Source of the DNA: Malacoraja senta
Taxonomy: Eukaryota
Length of the DNA: 64,000 bases
Assembly: GCA_038087875.1 (NCBI GenBank)
Contig: CM075988.1
Location: 1,550,001-1,614,000 of the forward strand
Direction of reading: 5' to 3'
Program-made: the position numbers and the translations under genes
Part shown: piece by piece, positions 35,729 to 49,625 of the stretch
Layout: each line of letters begins with the position of its first letter
How positions within the stretch are numbered: the first letter of the stretch is position 1
The notes under the pieces: generated by a model
The model's input: the letters and a program-made list of their open reading frames with translations, nothing else
Told to the model about the DNA's origin: nothing
The model's database searches: none

Positions 35729-38700
35729 GGCGTCTGTGGAAAAAATCCCCATAGACCCACAGTAAACGGACCTGGAAAACATGAAAAAAGTTTCTACTTA
35801 CCTTGTAGTTGAAAACTACAAATCCACTGGAGGAGCTCTGCTCCTCACGTCCGTTTGCGTCAAGGCGTCTGACGTAATGACGCGCAGGCGCACTGGCGGG
35901 GTTCTTCACGTAGTCACTCACGTGACTCCGAAGTAAAATTATGATCTGGATGTAGTCTGATCAATACTCAGTATAATTTTAACAACACTTCTCTAATTCT
36001 GAATTTCAACAACTTGTTGCAGCTGCCTACTTAGTTGTGGTGTTCTTTGCATGGAACGCCTACTTCTCTCTACTTCACACATTTGCAATGTCTCTTCATG
36101 TAGACAATACATTTTCCATTCCTCCTACCAAACTGCAAGATCACACATTCCCCCACATTAAGCCCCATTTGCCAAGTGTTGCTGCCATTCACTCGACCTA
36201 TCCTCATCACAACAAGCCCTCCCATCTACCTTAGTGCGATTGGCAAACTTGAATAATTGCACTGCTCCCCACTCAAGATCATTCATATTAGTAATAAAGA
36301 ATTGAGGGCAAAGAATTGATCCTTGGATGGTAATTACATCCAGCCTGAAAAGGATCTGTTTATTCTCCCTCTCCAACCAGTCTTTAAATCCATTCTAACA
36401 CACTTCTCGCAATCCCATCAGCCCATGCCTTGTGCATCAATCTTTTAATGAACACTTTGTCAATTGCCTTCCGGAAATCCAAATACACTGTATTGACAGT
36501 TCTTCTCTTATTGACTGTTCAAGAACACGCACGTTTGTCAAAGAGGATTTATATCGTTGACAAGCCACCTGAAAATGACTATCGCTACCTACCTTTTGAC
36601 ACAGAGCCAATTGTGTATCTATAATCTCACTCCTATTAATTCTATGTTTTCATTTTATCAAGCTTCCTTGTCAATTTCTACATTTTGAATGTTTTGTGAA
36701 AGTCCCTTTATGTCTGCAAAAAAATCAATTGACTTTTTTTATTATTTCAAATAATTCGGTCAAATTAAATGAACATAATTTACTTTCAGCATAAATTAGA
36801 AACAGATCAAGTTGAAAATACTCCCCTGGTAAAGCATCTTTTGTTGCCGGTCGTAAATATTTCCTTGGTCTCTTTTCAAATGAAAATGTATTTAAACGTT
36901 TCCTTTAACTTGCGTACCACTGATGGTTGCTGGACTGATGCATAATTTTTTCTCCATCAATTAGGCTAAAATCTTGAATGTCATTTCTACACACTGAGAC
37001 AGAACTCGCAGTTATTGCCCATATCTGAGTGCCACTTAAAAAGTCGGGTGACTAATCTCATTAAACTGTAGCAGTCTTTCTGGTGAAGGTACTTCCATTG
37101 TCCTGTTGGATATAAACTATCAGGATTTAGATCTAGCAATGACTGGTAGCAATACCATCACTGATATTTTTCCAAGTCAGGATGGTGGAGGGAACCTGCA
37201 GGTGGTGGTGGAGGCACTGGAGATGCTGTCGGAGCAGCCTGGGCAAGTAAACAAGAACCTAAAATATGGGAACGGGGGTGGCCCTGCGGCCCTGCAGGTC
37301 TGTCATTCAACGATTGTAATCGCTGCTTAAAGATGCTTTCAATAGATAACCTCCTTCACCATGTGCTAATGTGAAAGAACAGGAGGATAGATAAGTCTGT
37401 GGCTCAGAGGGGAGTGCTCAGGGAGGGCTTGAGATTGTAAGGGTGGGAAAATGAGACCTGTGCAAATTGGATGGGGTGTACCTGAACTAGAGCAGGCCCA
37501 AATCCGCGCAGAAAAGTTTGCGTATACTTTTGGGAAGGGACTGAACTGTTTAAGTCCAGTAGGTAGACAGACATGGGAATGATAAGGTGCATAGTGGGGG
37601 CGGGGAATAAATGGCATTGATTTTAATGAGAAGTCTGACTAGTAGGGCAGAGGAATTGCACATGGGAACATGATAGTGTTGCTTTCACAGAGAGATGATG
37701 GTTGATCGAGACTGGGACTGGTATCTTAACATTTCTGAGAAATAGGGATTTTCAACTTTCTCTATAATATCACAGTTTAAAGTGAGTGCAATTAAAGTAC
37801 GCCTAGGTCGCATTTTGAGTCACTGTACAGTCCTTTTGGGGAAGAGGTAGTATTGGACCTGATGTTAGGGAGTGTAGCCTGGCAAGTGGGTGAAGGGTCA
37901 GTGGGAGAACATTTTGGAGCGATAGATGACAATTCTCAAGTTTCAAGGTTATGAGGGAAAGGAATCAGGTTGGTCTGGAATTGAGGAAGGCCATTTTCAA
38001 TGTCAAGAGGCAACCTGGCAAATATAGATGAGGAACAGCTACTCGCAGACAAATGTGGGGTTTCGAACAATGCAATAATGAATGTTGTTCGCCATACTTC
38101 TGTGAAAGTGTCCATTCCTGATTGCCACTGACAGATGTTTAAATATTTGTTGGTCATGGGTAAGGTGCCAGATACTGGTGGAGAGCAATGTGTACCTTTA
38201 TTCAAGGGCAGCAGGGACAGGCTGACGTCTTAATGTCAACGATAGGGAAGTTATTGAGAATAACATCTGAGTAATAGGATTAATAGAACATAGAACTTTA
38301 CAGCACAGGAGCAGGTCCTTCGGCCCACAATGTCCGTGTTAAACATGATGTTGAGTTTGGCTAATCCATAGCCTTCCAGTCACTGCATATCATTGTGCCT
38401 ATCTGAAAGCCTCTTAAATGCTACTCTGAAACTTAAATGTATGTTTTCACCATCACCCAAGACAGCACATCCAGGCACCATTCACACTCTGTTTTACAAA
38501 AAATGTTGCCTGCACATCTCCTCTGACCTTTCCCCCTCTGACCTTAAAGCTGTGCCCTGGGAAAAAGATTCTGACTGTATAATTCTCTGTTCTCCTAACA
38601 CATCTTCCCCCAACCACCAACTCCAGAAAAAAGCTATCTAAGTTTGTCCAACCTCTCCTTTGGTTAGTACCTTCTAATCCAGGCAGCATTCTCGTTAACC

Positions 38701-39714
38701 TTTTCTACACCCTCTCAAAAGCTAACATATCCTTCCTCTAATGGGTCAACCAGAACTCACAACAATGATTTTTTTGAAGAAGTAACAAAATGTTTTGAGA
38801 AGGATATTATGGTTGATGTAGACTGTGTGGACTTTAGTCAGATTTTTTTTACAGGGTCCCATCTTAGAAACTGGGTCTCTAAGATGAGTTCTTATGATAG
38901 CAAAGGCACGTTAAGAATGAGATTCATTGTTGGTTTGGTAATAGGAGGCTGTGGGTGATGGTGGAGCGGTTGTTGTGATTAAAAGCCTGAGACCAGTGGT
39001 GTCGCACATTGATCCGCAATGTGACTGCTTATTGTTACACATATTATGGTTTGGATATGAATGTTGGAGATATGAATAATAAATTGATGCTGGTTAAATA
39101 TAAATGCAATTTAATCCAGAGAATGCAGATACTGGAATCATGAGGAAAAATACAGAACTGGAGGAACTCTGAGACAGGCAGTGTCTGTGGACCTTGTTGT
39201 ATATTCTCAGGGATATCATACGGTATCAGTTAACAAGGTGGTGAAGGAGTCATAGAGTGATACAGTGTGGAAACAGGCCCTTTGAACCAACTTGCCCACA
39301 CCGGCCAACAATGTCCCAGCTACACTGGTCCCACTTGCCTGCGCTTGGTCCATACATTATAACAGATGAAATAGGTAGGGTAAATGCATAGAGTGATTTG
39401 CCCAGAGTGAGGGAATCAAGAACTAGAGAGCAGAGCTTTAGGGTGAAGGGGGAAAGATTTAATGGGAACTTGAGGGGCAACCTCTTTATATAGGGGTGGT
39501 AGGTGTATGGAATGAGCTGCCAGAGGTGGTAATTGAGGCAGATGATGTATCACAACAACAAATAAAAAAAACATTTGGACAGGTACATGCATATGGTAGA
39601 TTAAGAGAGTTATGGGCCAAACACAGTCTTTGATAAGGTCCCACACAAGAGATTAGTGTGTAAAATTAGAGCACATGGTATTGGGGGTAGGGTATTGACA
39701 TGGATAGAGAACAG

Positions 39715-42700
39715 GACCAGTTCCAGTTCCTAGTGCTGGCGAGAGCAGGAACAGGGAGATACAGGACCTGAATGTGTGCCTGAGGACCTGGTGCAGGGGG
39801 CAAGGATTTAGATTCTTAGACCACTGGGGGCTGTTTTGGAGTAAGGGGGAACTGTACAAAAGGGACGGATTGCATCTTAACAGGTGGGGGACCGGCATTC
39901 TGGCAGGCAGGTTTGCCACTGCTACACGGGTGGTTTTAAACTAAATAAGGGGGTGGGGGGGGGGGGGGGGGGTGTCAAATGGGATATTCAAGGACGGAGT
40001 TAAAGGGAAACATAGAAACGTAGAAACATTGAAAATAGGTGCAGGAGTAGGCCATTCGGCCCTTCGAGCCTGCACCGCCATTCGATATGATCATGGCTGA
40101 TCATCCAACTCAGTATCCCATCCCTGCCTTCTCTCCATACCCCCTGATCCCTTTAGCCACAAGGGCCACATCTAACTCCCTCTTAAATATAGCCAATGAA
40201 CTGGCCTCAACAACCTTCTGTGGCAGAGAATTCCACAGATTCACCACTCTCTGTATAAAAAATGATTTTCTCATCTGGGTCCTAAAAGACTTCCCTCTTA
40301 TCCTTAAACTGTGACCCCTAGTTCTGGACTTCCCCAACATCGGGAATAATCTTCCTGCATCTAGCCTGTCCAACCCCTTAAGAATTTTGAAAGGGATTAA
40401 AGGGATAGTTAATGACCGCAGAATTAACGGGAAAGAAAGCTCACTAAGGGATAGGAGAGTATGGCCAAGTGTAATAGGGATCGATGTGAAAGGTGAGATG
40501 CGTAAGGTTTTAAAAATATTGTATATGAATGCACGAAATATAAGACAAAGTAGATGAGCTTGAGGCTCAGTTAGAGGTTGGTAGATATGACATTGTGGGG
40601 ATTACTGAGACGTGGCTGCAGGAGGATCGGGCATGGGAACTTAATATTCAGGGTTATACATCCTATAGAAAGGGCAGGCAGGTGGGCAGAGGAGGGGGGT
40701 AGCTTTGCTGGTGAGGAATGGAATTCAGACCTTTGCGAGGGAAGACATTGGGACTGACGAGGTAGAGTCACTGTGGATTGAGTTGAGGAATTGCAAAGGC
40801 AAGAAGACACTAATTGGTGTTATCTACAGACCCCCAAATAGTAGCCCGGATGTAGTAAGTTGCAGCAGGAGTTAAAACTGGCATGTAACAAAGGTAATGC
40901 CACTATGGTGATGGGGGATTTCAATATGCAGGTAGACTGGGAAAATCAGGTTGGTTCAGGACCCCAAGAAAGAGAGTTTGCAGAGTGCCTCCGAGATGGA
41001 TTCTTAGAGCAGCTTGTAATGGAGCCGACCAGAGAAAAGGCAAATCTGGATTCAGTGTTGTCCAATGAACCAGATTTGATAAGAGAACTCGAAGTAAAGG
41101 ATGTAGTGATCATAATATGATTAGTTTTAATCAGCAATTTGAGAAGGAGAATGTTAAATCGGAAGTGTCAGTGATGCAGTTGAACAAATGGGACTATGAA
41201 GGCATGAGGGAGGAGCTGACCAAGGTAGACTGGAAAGGGATCCTAGCAGGAATGACGGTGGAACAGCAATGGCGGGAATTTCTGGGCATAATCCAGAAGA
41301 TGCAGGATCATTTCATTCCAAAAAGGAAGAAAGATTCTAAGTAGGAGGCAACTGTGGCTGACAAGAGAAGTTAGGGATAGAATAAAACTAAAAAAAAAGA
41401 TGTATAACACAGCAAAGAGTAGCCGGAAGCCAGAGGATTGGGAAAATTTTATAAGACAACAGAAGGAAACAAAACGCGCAATACGGGCTGAAAAGATGAA
41501 GTACGAGGGGAAGCTGGCCAGGAGTATAAAGAAGGACATTAAAAGCTTCTTTCGATATGTAATGGGAAAAAGAATTTATCAAAGTCAAATATGGGTCCCT
41601 TGAAGGCAGACACGGGCGAAATTATTATGGGGAACAAGGAAACGGCAGAAGAGTTGAACAGGTACTTCGGATCTGTCTTCACTAAGGAAGACACAAACAA
41701 TCTCCCAGAAGTACTGGAGGACAGAGGATCTAAGGGGCTGAGGAACTGAAAGAAATTTTAATTAGGCGAGAAATAGTATTGGGAAGGCTAATGGGACTGA
41801 AGGATGATAAATCCCCTAGGCCTGATGGTCTGCATTCCAGGGTCCTCAGGGAGGTGGCTCTAGAAATAGTGGACGGATAGGTGATCATTTTCCAATGTTC
41901 TCAATAGATTCAGGATGAGTTCCTGTGGACTGGAGCGTAGCTAATGTTATCCCACTTTTCAAGAAAGGAGCGAGAGAGAAAACGGGGAATTACAGTCCAG
42001 TTAGCCTGACTTCGGTGGTGGGAAAGATGCTGGAGTCAATTATTAAAGAGGTAATAATGGGGCATTTGGATAGCAGTAAAAGGATTAGTCCAAGTCAGCA
42101 TGGATTTATGAAAGGAAAATCATGCTTGACTAATCTTCTGGAATTTTTTAAGGATGTGACATGAAAAATGGATGAAGGGGAGCCAGTGGATGTAGTATAT
42201 CTAGACTTTCAGAAAGGCTTTGATAAGGTCCCGCACGGGAGACTGGTGACTAAAATTAGAGCACATGGTATTGGGGGTAGGGTGTTGACGTGGATAGAAA
42301 ATTGGTTGGCAGACAGGAAACAAAGAGTAGGAGTGAACGGGTCCTTTTCAGAATGGCCGGCAGTGGCAAGTGGAGTGCCGCAAGGCTCGGTGTTGGGGCC
42401 GCAACTGTTTACCATATATATTAATGATTTGGAAGAGGGAATTAGGAGCAACACTAGCAAGTTTGCGGATGACACAAAGCTGGGTGGCAGTGTGAACTGT
42501 GAAGAGGATGTTAAGAGGTTGCAGGGTGACCTGGACAGGTTGAGTGAGTGGGCAGATGTGTGGCAGATGCAGTATAATGTAGATAAATGTGAGGTTATCC
42601 ACTTTGGCGGCAAAAACAAGGGGGAAGATTATTATCTCAATGGGGTTAGGTTAGTTTAGGTAAGGGGGAGATACAGCGAGACCTGTGTGTCCTTGTACAC

Positions 42701-42905
42701 CAGTCACTGAAAGTTGGCGTGCAGATACAGCAGGCAGTTAGAAAGAGTTAGATAGAGCTCTCGGGGCTAGTGGAATCAATGGATATGGGGAGAAGGCAAG
42801 CATGGGTTATTGATTGGGGACGATCAGCCATGATCACAATGAATGGCGGTGCTGGCTCGAAGGGCCGAATAGCCTCCTCCTGCACCTATTTTCTATGTTT
42901 CTATC
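39715..42905 (+). mobile_element. CR1 (HER1-like) LINE, long decayed copy with ORF1 esterase and ORF2
   Basis: SGNH-esterase-like WCRGQGFRFLDHW...DGLHLN; EN GITETW and GDFN; RT YLDFQKGFDKVPH, VPQGSVLGP, FADD; deletion to the 3' tail at about 42740. Confidence 0.88.
40011..40389 (-). mobile_element. CR1 3' fragment nested antisense in the long CR1
   Basis: ORF 40110-40373 plus tail; aaggga flanks both sides. Confidence 0.85.
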
Positions 42906-44459
42906 ATTTAGTGCTACATAGTCTAGTCACACACAGCACTGCTTTAGGTCCACAGACATTTAAACCTAGTTTTGAAAGGTTTTAAAAACAAAGAACACTC
43001 AACTGTGCTCTTTCTTTCATTCAGTTGAATCCCTGAGCCCACATCTCTGCTCAGGACAAAGATGGTGTGAGAATCATTTCATGTGGGTCAAAAAAATCCA
43101 AGGAGTGTGGCGTGGGCCTCTGATGATGCTGGCTGCCTTTTAGAGGCAGCGACTCCTGTAAATCCCTTCAATGGTGGGGAGGTCAGAACGTGATGAACTG
43201 GGTAGTGTTCACCACTTTTTGCAGTCTTCATTCCTGGGAGTTCGAGTTGCCAAACCAGGCCGTGATGCAAGCAGTCAATGTGCTCTCTACCATTCAGGAG
43301 AGTATTCGGTGACATTCTGGTTATCCTCAATAGCGAGGTCTCCGAAAGCAATAATACAGATAGGGTACTGAAGACTGCCTTTATTGATCAGATCAATGAG
43401 TACAGGGGTTGGGACATCATGTTACAACTGTTCTGATCACCCAGTTCATGAGGATGTTACCGGCATTGGAGGGTTTGAGCTAAAAATAGTGACTGGGTAG
43501 TAAAATTCAGACAGGTAACATGTAAAGGGAATTCAGACAGGTACATGGATAGAAAAGGTAGCACAGTGTAACAGCTGATAGAGATGCTGCATGTAGCACT
43601 ACAGACCCAGGTGCTGTCTGCGTGGAGTTTGCATGTTCTCCCTGTAATTGCGTGGGTTTCCTTTGGGTGCTACAATTTCCTCCCATAATCCCAAAGACAT
43701 TGATCTTTGCAGGTTAATTGTAAATTGCCTTCAGTGTGTAGGGAGTGGATGCGAAAGTGGGATAACATAGAACCAGTGTATGGGTGATCGATAGTTGGCG
43801 TGGACTCAGATTCCATGCTGCATCTCTAAACTAAAACTACAAGGTTTCAAGTGAAGGTAGACACAAAATGCCGGAGTAACTCAGCAGGACAGACACCATC
43901 TCTGGAGAGAAGGAATGGGTGACGTTTTGGGTTGAGACCCTTCTTCAGACTGGTATATCAAGGTTTACTGTGATGTGGGCCAAATTCAGGTAGATGGGAC
44001 CAGCGCAGGTAGACATCTTGGTTATATGGACGGGCTTGTTTCTGTGCTGTATGTCTCTGTGGCCCTATATGGAATGAATGCAGGCATGTGGGATTAATAT
44101 AGTGGGCAGGACATACACTGTGAAAGGCAGGACTGAGGATGGTTATTTAACTGAAAGATCTAGGGTTACAGGTACATTGTTCCCTGAAGGTGACAACATA
44201 GACAGGGTGATTAACCTACCAACCCGCACGTCATTGGGTTGTCAGGGAAACCTGCACAATCACAGGGAGGACGTGCAAACTCCACACATACAGCGCCTGG
44301 GGTCAGGATTGAACCTGGCTCGTTGGAGCTGCGAGACAGCAACTGTGAGCTGCTCCACTGTACCCCACCCATGTCCCTTCTGGGGTGGGGTAGAGTGGGA
44401 GAGATCAGTTATGAGGGAGGAGTGTTATCCAGAGTAGAAACATGAGCATTGCTCAGTCA

Positions 44460-45617
44460 AAAACAAAGGGGTAGATTATTATCTCAATGGGGTTAGGTTA
44501 GGTAAGGGGGAGGTACAGCGAGACCTGTGTGTCCTTGTACACCAGTCACTGAAAGTTGGCGTGCAGGTACAGCAGGCAGTGATGAAAACTAATGGAATGT
44601 AGGCCTTCATAACAAGAGGATTTCAGTATAGGTCCCTGGGATGGCGGGACTGTCATGTGAGGAAAGATTTTAAAGACTAGGCTTGTATTCACTAGAGTTT
44701 AGAAGGATGAGGGGGGGGATCTTATAGAAACATATAAAATCATAAAAGGACTGGACAAGCTAGATGTAGGAAAAATGTTCCCAATGTTGGGCAAGTCCAG
44801 AACCAAGGGCCACAGTCTTAGAATAAAGGGGAGGCCATTTAAGACTGAGGTGAGAAAAAACGTTTTCACCCAGAGAGTTGTGAATTTGTGGAATTCCCTG
44901 CCGCAGAGGGCAGTGGAGGCTAAATCACTGGATGGATTTAAGAGAGAGTTAGATAGAGCTCTAGGGGCTAGTGGAATCAAGAGATATGGGGAGAAGGCAG
45001 TGAAGAAAGCAAATGGCATGTTGGCCTTCATAGCGAGAGCTCCTATACTCAAGGAGGTCCTACTGCAGTTGTACAGGGACTTGGTGAGTATTGTATGTAG
45101 TTTTGGTCTCCTAATTTGAGGAAGGACATTTTTGCTATTGAGGGAGTGCAGTGCAGATACACCAGGTTAATTCCCAGGATGGCGGGACTGACATATGATG
45201 AAAGAATGGATCGACTGGGCTTATATTCACTGGAATTTAGAAGGATGAGAGTGAATCTGAAAGAAACATATAAAAGTCTTAAGGGATTGGACAGGCTAGA
45301 TGCAGGAAAAATGTTCCCAATGTTGGGGGAGTCCAGAACCCGGGGTCATAGTTTAAGAATAAGAGGTCGGTCATTTAGGACTGAGATGAGGGAAAACCTT
45401 TTCACCCAGAGTGTTATGAATCTGTGGAATTTTCTGCCACATAAGGCAGTGGAGGCCAATTCACTGGATGTTTTCAAGAGAGTTAGATATAGCTCTTAGG
45501 GCTAAGGAAATCAAGGGATTTGGGGGAAAAGCAGGAATGGGATACTGATTTTGGATGATCATATTGAATGGCGGTGCTCGCTCGAAGGGCACCCCTGCAC
45601 TATTTTCTGTGTTTCTA
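44460..45617 (+). mobile_element. Composite of two CR1 3' fragments
   Basis: ORFs 44775-45119 and 45116-45499 each repeat the CR1 C-terminus; junction at aggcag near 45000. Confidence 0.8.
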
Positions 45618-45984
45618 AGTGGCACGTGTAGATGGTGCATGTTGGTCTGCATAGGCAAGTTGGGCTGAAGGGCCACAGATGATGGGCCAGAGGACAAACT
45701 GGAGGTACCTTTATATAAGAAGGGCTTCTGTGATCAAGCAGGTAATTACAGTGCTGTGAATCAATCGTCGTTGGCAGAAAGATTTTGGAGAAGATTGTGA
45801 GAGAGATGTTCAACCTGCATTTGGAATGGCAGGATAACTGGTTTAGTCACTTTGGTTTATGAAAGGAGCTCCCATCTGACTAACAACTCCATTTTTCAGA
45901 AGTACCCGAGCTTGTGGATCAGCATAGAGCAGTTTGACTCCGCGCCTCCACAAATTGGTCTCGGCCCAGGCATGGTATGGAGTA

Positions 45985-46001
45985 GCAGTGCCCCCTGGTG
46001 G
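45985..46001 (-). promoter_or_regulatory. Consensus CTCF motif
   Basis: The - strand reads CCACCAGGGGGCACTGC. Confidence 0.55.
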
Positions 46002-46800
46002 GGGGAGGAATGAAGGCATGAGGTGGTTGGGTCAGGGGGTTATTAAAGATTCACAGTTTTGCATGTATATTTTTATTACACTTTTGAAATCTTTAAAAAA
46101 ATTCTAGAACAATTTGCTTCTCATTCTTTGGAGTTTCACATTGAAAACAACAATGTAACTAAATTCTGTCAAATAGATTTAATCCTGAAACCATCCTATA
46201 TTTTCTTAATCTTTACAACTGTAAGAGCATCCTTAATTGTTTCTACTTTGCCCCCTGTCTGTTAACTCACCTGCCATTCTTGAGTAACTAGAGACCAGGA
46301 ATATTAAGAACACATTCTTTGTGATCTCCGTTAATGTACCATGCCTTATATACATACAACAATTTGTATCTACAGCTTATTGGCCACAATGTTTAAAGAA
46401 TAGAATCCAATATCAATAAAATTTACTACTTTCCATCACTCTTACATTTTCTTCAGTCTGGCCATTTTAATTTTGGGAATATTTTGTATTTCACTGTTGC
46501 TGTAAAATCTGAAATATTGGAAATGAACAGCAGGTCATGCAGCATTTGTGTAGACATATACCAGGTTTACAATCCAAGCCATCTTTCATCTGATCTAAAC
46601 TCTCTGTCCTCATCCTACTTTCTGGTCTCACTCCACCAGATAAATTAGTTTAACTCTTTCTGAACATGACAGTTAATTTTCAGTGGAGACATTGCCTCAC
46701 CCATTTTGTGGTCATTTCTGCACAGGTACCCCTATCCCCAGAGTCAGGCATCGCAATGTTTAACTAACTCTCAGGTATGGTTAAACCTACAGATGTGGAC

Positions 46801-47290
46801 AATAGACAATAGGTGCAGGAATCGGCAATTCGGCCCTTCGAGCCATTAAATGTGATCATGACTGATCATCCACAATCAGTACCCCGTTCCTGCCTTCTCC
46901 CCATATCCCCTGACTTCGCTATCTTTAAGAGCCCTATCCATCTCTCTCTTGAAAGTATCCAGAGAACCGGCCTCCACTGCCTTCTTAGGCAGAGAATTCG
47001 ACAGACTCATGCCTCTGTGTGGAAAAAGTGTTTCCTCATCTCCGTTCTAAATGGCTTACCCTTTATTCTTAAACTGTGGCCCCTGGTTCTGGACTCCCCC
47101 AACATCGGGAACATGTTTCCTGCCTCTAGCATGTACAAACTCTTAATAATCATATGTTTCACTGAGATCCCCTCACATCCTTCTAAATTCCAGAGTATAC
47201 AAGCCCAGCCGCTCCATTCTCTCAGCATATGACAGTCCTGCCATCCCGGGAATTAACCATGTGAACCTACGCTGCACTCCCTCAATAGCA
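46801..47290 (-). mobile_element. CR1 3' fragment
   Basis: ORFs 47007-47228 and 47173-47361. Confidence 0.85.
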
Positions 47291-47323
47291 GTAGACACCG
47301 AGTGAAACTGGATATGAATTATA

Positions 47324-48904
47324 CAGTGCCCTCCATAATATTTGGGACAAAGACCCATCATTTATTTATTTGTCTCTGTACTCCACAATTTGAGATTGTA
47401 ACAGAAAAAAAATCACATGTAGTTAAAGTGCACATTGTCAGATTTTAATAAAGGCCATATTTTATTTTCACCATGTGGAAATTACAGCAGTGTTTATATA
47501 TCATCCCCCCATTTCGGGGAACCATAATGTTTGGGACACAGCAATGTCATGTAAATGAAAGTAGTCATGTTTAGTATTTTGTTACATATCCTTTGCATGC
47601 AATGACTGCTTAAAGTCTGTGATTCTCTGCCAGGCCTGTATTGCAGCCATCTTTAGCTTATGCTTGTTTTCGGGGCTAGTCCCCCTCACATTTCTCTTCA
47701 GCATATAAAAGGCATGCTCAATTGAGTTCAGATCGGGTGATTGACTTGGCCACTCAAGAATTGACCATTTTTTAGCTTTGAAAAACTCCTTTGTTGCTTT
47801 AACAGTATGTTTGGGATCATTGTCGTGCTGTAGAATGAACTGCCGGCCAATGAGTTTTGAGAAATTTGTTTGAACTTGAGCAGATAGGATGTGTCTATGC
47901 ACATCAGAATTCAATATGCTACTACCATCAGCAGTTGTATCATCAATGAGGATGTGAGCCAGTACCTTCAGCAGGCATACATGCCCAGGCCATAACACCC
48001 ACACCACCGTGTTTCACAGATGAGGTGGTATGCTTTGGATCTTGGGCAGTTCCTTCTCTCCTCCATACTTTACTCTTGCCATCAATCTGATTGATATAAG
48101 TTAATCTTCGTCTCGTCTGTCCACAAGACCTTTTTCCAGAACTGTGGTTGCTCTTTTAAGTACTTCTTGGCAAACTGTGACCTGGCCATCCTATTTTTGC
48201 GGCTAACCAGTAGTTTGCATATTGCAGTGTTCCTCTGTATTTCTGTTCATGAAGTCTTCTGCGGACAGTGGTCATTGACAAATCCACACCTGACTCCTGA
48301 AGAGTGTTTCTGATCTGTCGGACAGGTGTCTGGGGATTTTTCTTTATTATAGAGAGAATTCTTGTGCTTTAGCTGTGGAGGTCTTCCTTGGCCTGCCAGT
48401 CCTTTTGCGATTAGTAAGCTCACCAGTGCTCTCTTTCTTCTTAATGATGTTCCAAACAGTTGATTTTGGTAAGCCTAAGATTTGGCTGATGTCTCCAACA
48501 GTTTTATTCGTGTTTCTCAGTCTCATAATGGCTTCTTTGACTTTCATTATCACAACTTTGGTCCTCATGTTGATAAACAGCAATAAAAGTTTCTAAAGTG
48601 ATGGAAAGACTGGAGGAAAGACTAGGTGCTGAGATCTCTCTTATACCTGCATTAAGGAGTATTTAATCACACCTGAGCAAATGGGAAGCCATGTGTCCCA
48701 AACATTCTGGTGCCCTGAAATGGGGGGACTATGTATAAACACAGCAGTATTTTCTACATGGTGAAACCAAAATGTATAAAAATACCCTTTAATAGACTCT
48801 GACAGTGCACTTTAACCACATGTGATTTACAAATGGCAAATTGTGGAGTACAGAGGCAAATAAAGAAATGATTTTTTTTGTCCCAAACATTATGGAGGGC
48901 ACTG
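47324..48904 (-). mobile_element. Tc1 transposon, IR/DR type, defective
   Basis: About 215-bp TIRs starting cagtgccctccataat; left TA; transposase remnants LGLPKSTVWNII-GRPRKT and QHDNDPKH...WPSQSPDLNSIE. Confidence 0.92.
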
Positions 48905-49625
48905 TGGATACAGAGGATAACCAGTCAACAGTGATGGTTAAAAATATAAATTAATCCCAGGAAATGTATGCAATTATTACAAAATAATCAGATATGGTTA
49001 CAGTTGCAGGTTAGTTATATTACATTCCAACGGTCTGCATGAATGAGTTCAAACCCCACAATTAATTAAATTTTGTTTAATGAAATTAATCTGGAATTAA
49101 AAGTTAGTAAAAGAAACTGGTTCGAAAAGGTAAATGCTTATCAAATCCCTGAGAGAAGTAATGTCGTGCTGTCCTATGCTGGGCTGTTTGAGATTTGTTT
49201 TGTGGTTGACTCTCTTCTCTCATGTCCCTCCACGCACCAAGCAACCATGTAAAACACTGATGGTGCCACACGGTGTCAATGAAGGCAGTGTATTTGATTT
49301 GGAAGTGTAGCCTGACATTGTCATTATCACAAAATCATATCGTCCAATTGATACTCCCTCCAGTCTCCTCCATCCGAGTGTGTCCTGTTACAGAAATACC
49401 GCTGCATAGCACAGAAACGGGCCCTTCGGCCCATCATATTCACACCATTCATTTTGCCCAACAACATTGCGGCACAGAAGCAGCTGTTAGAGCTACAGCC
49501 TCACAGTGCCAGAGACCTGGGTTAGATCTTGAGATGTACCGTTTGAACATTCTCCCTGTGGTCATATGAGTTTCCTCCCACGTCCTAAATATTATTTTGC
49601 CATCTTAGAATTACATTTTTTTGGA

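Larger units (their letters stand above)
31170..35938 (-). mobile_element. DIRS1-type tyrosine-recombinase retrotransposon, full length, coding region decayed
   Basis: Inverted terminal repeats, an internal complementary region (ICR) at 31402-31515, and gag-RT-RNaseH-MT-YR order. Confidence 0.92.

Noticed and set aside
35772..35801. GT-AG mini-intron on the - strand in the DIRS leader
   Set aside because: At 30 nt it is too short for the vertebrate spliceosome.
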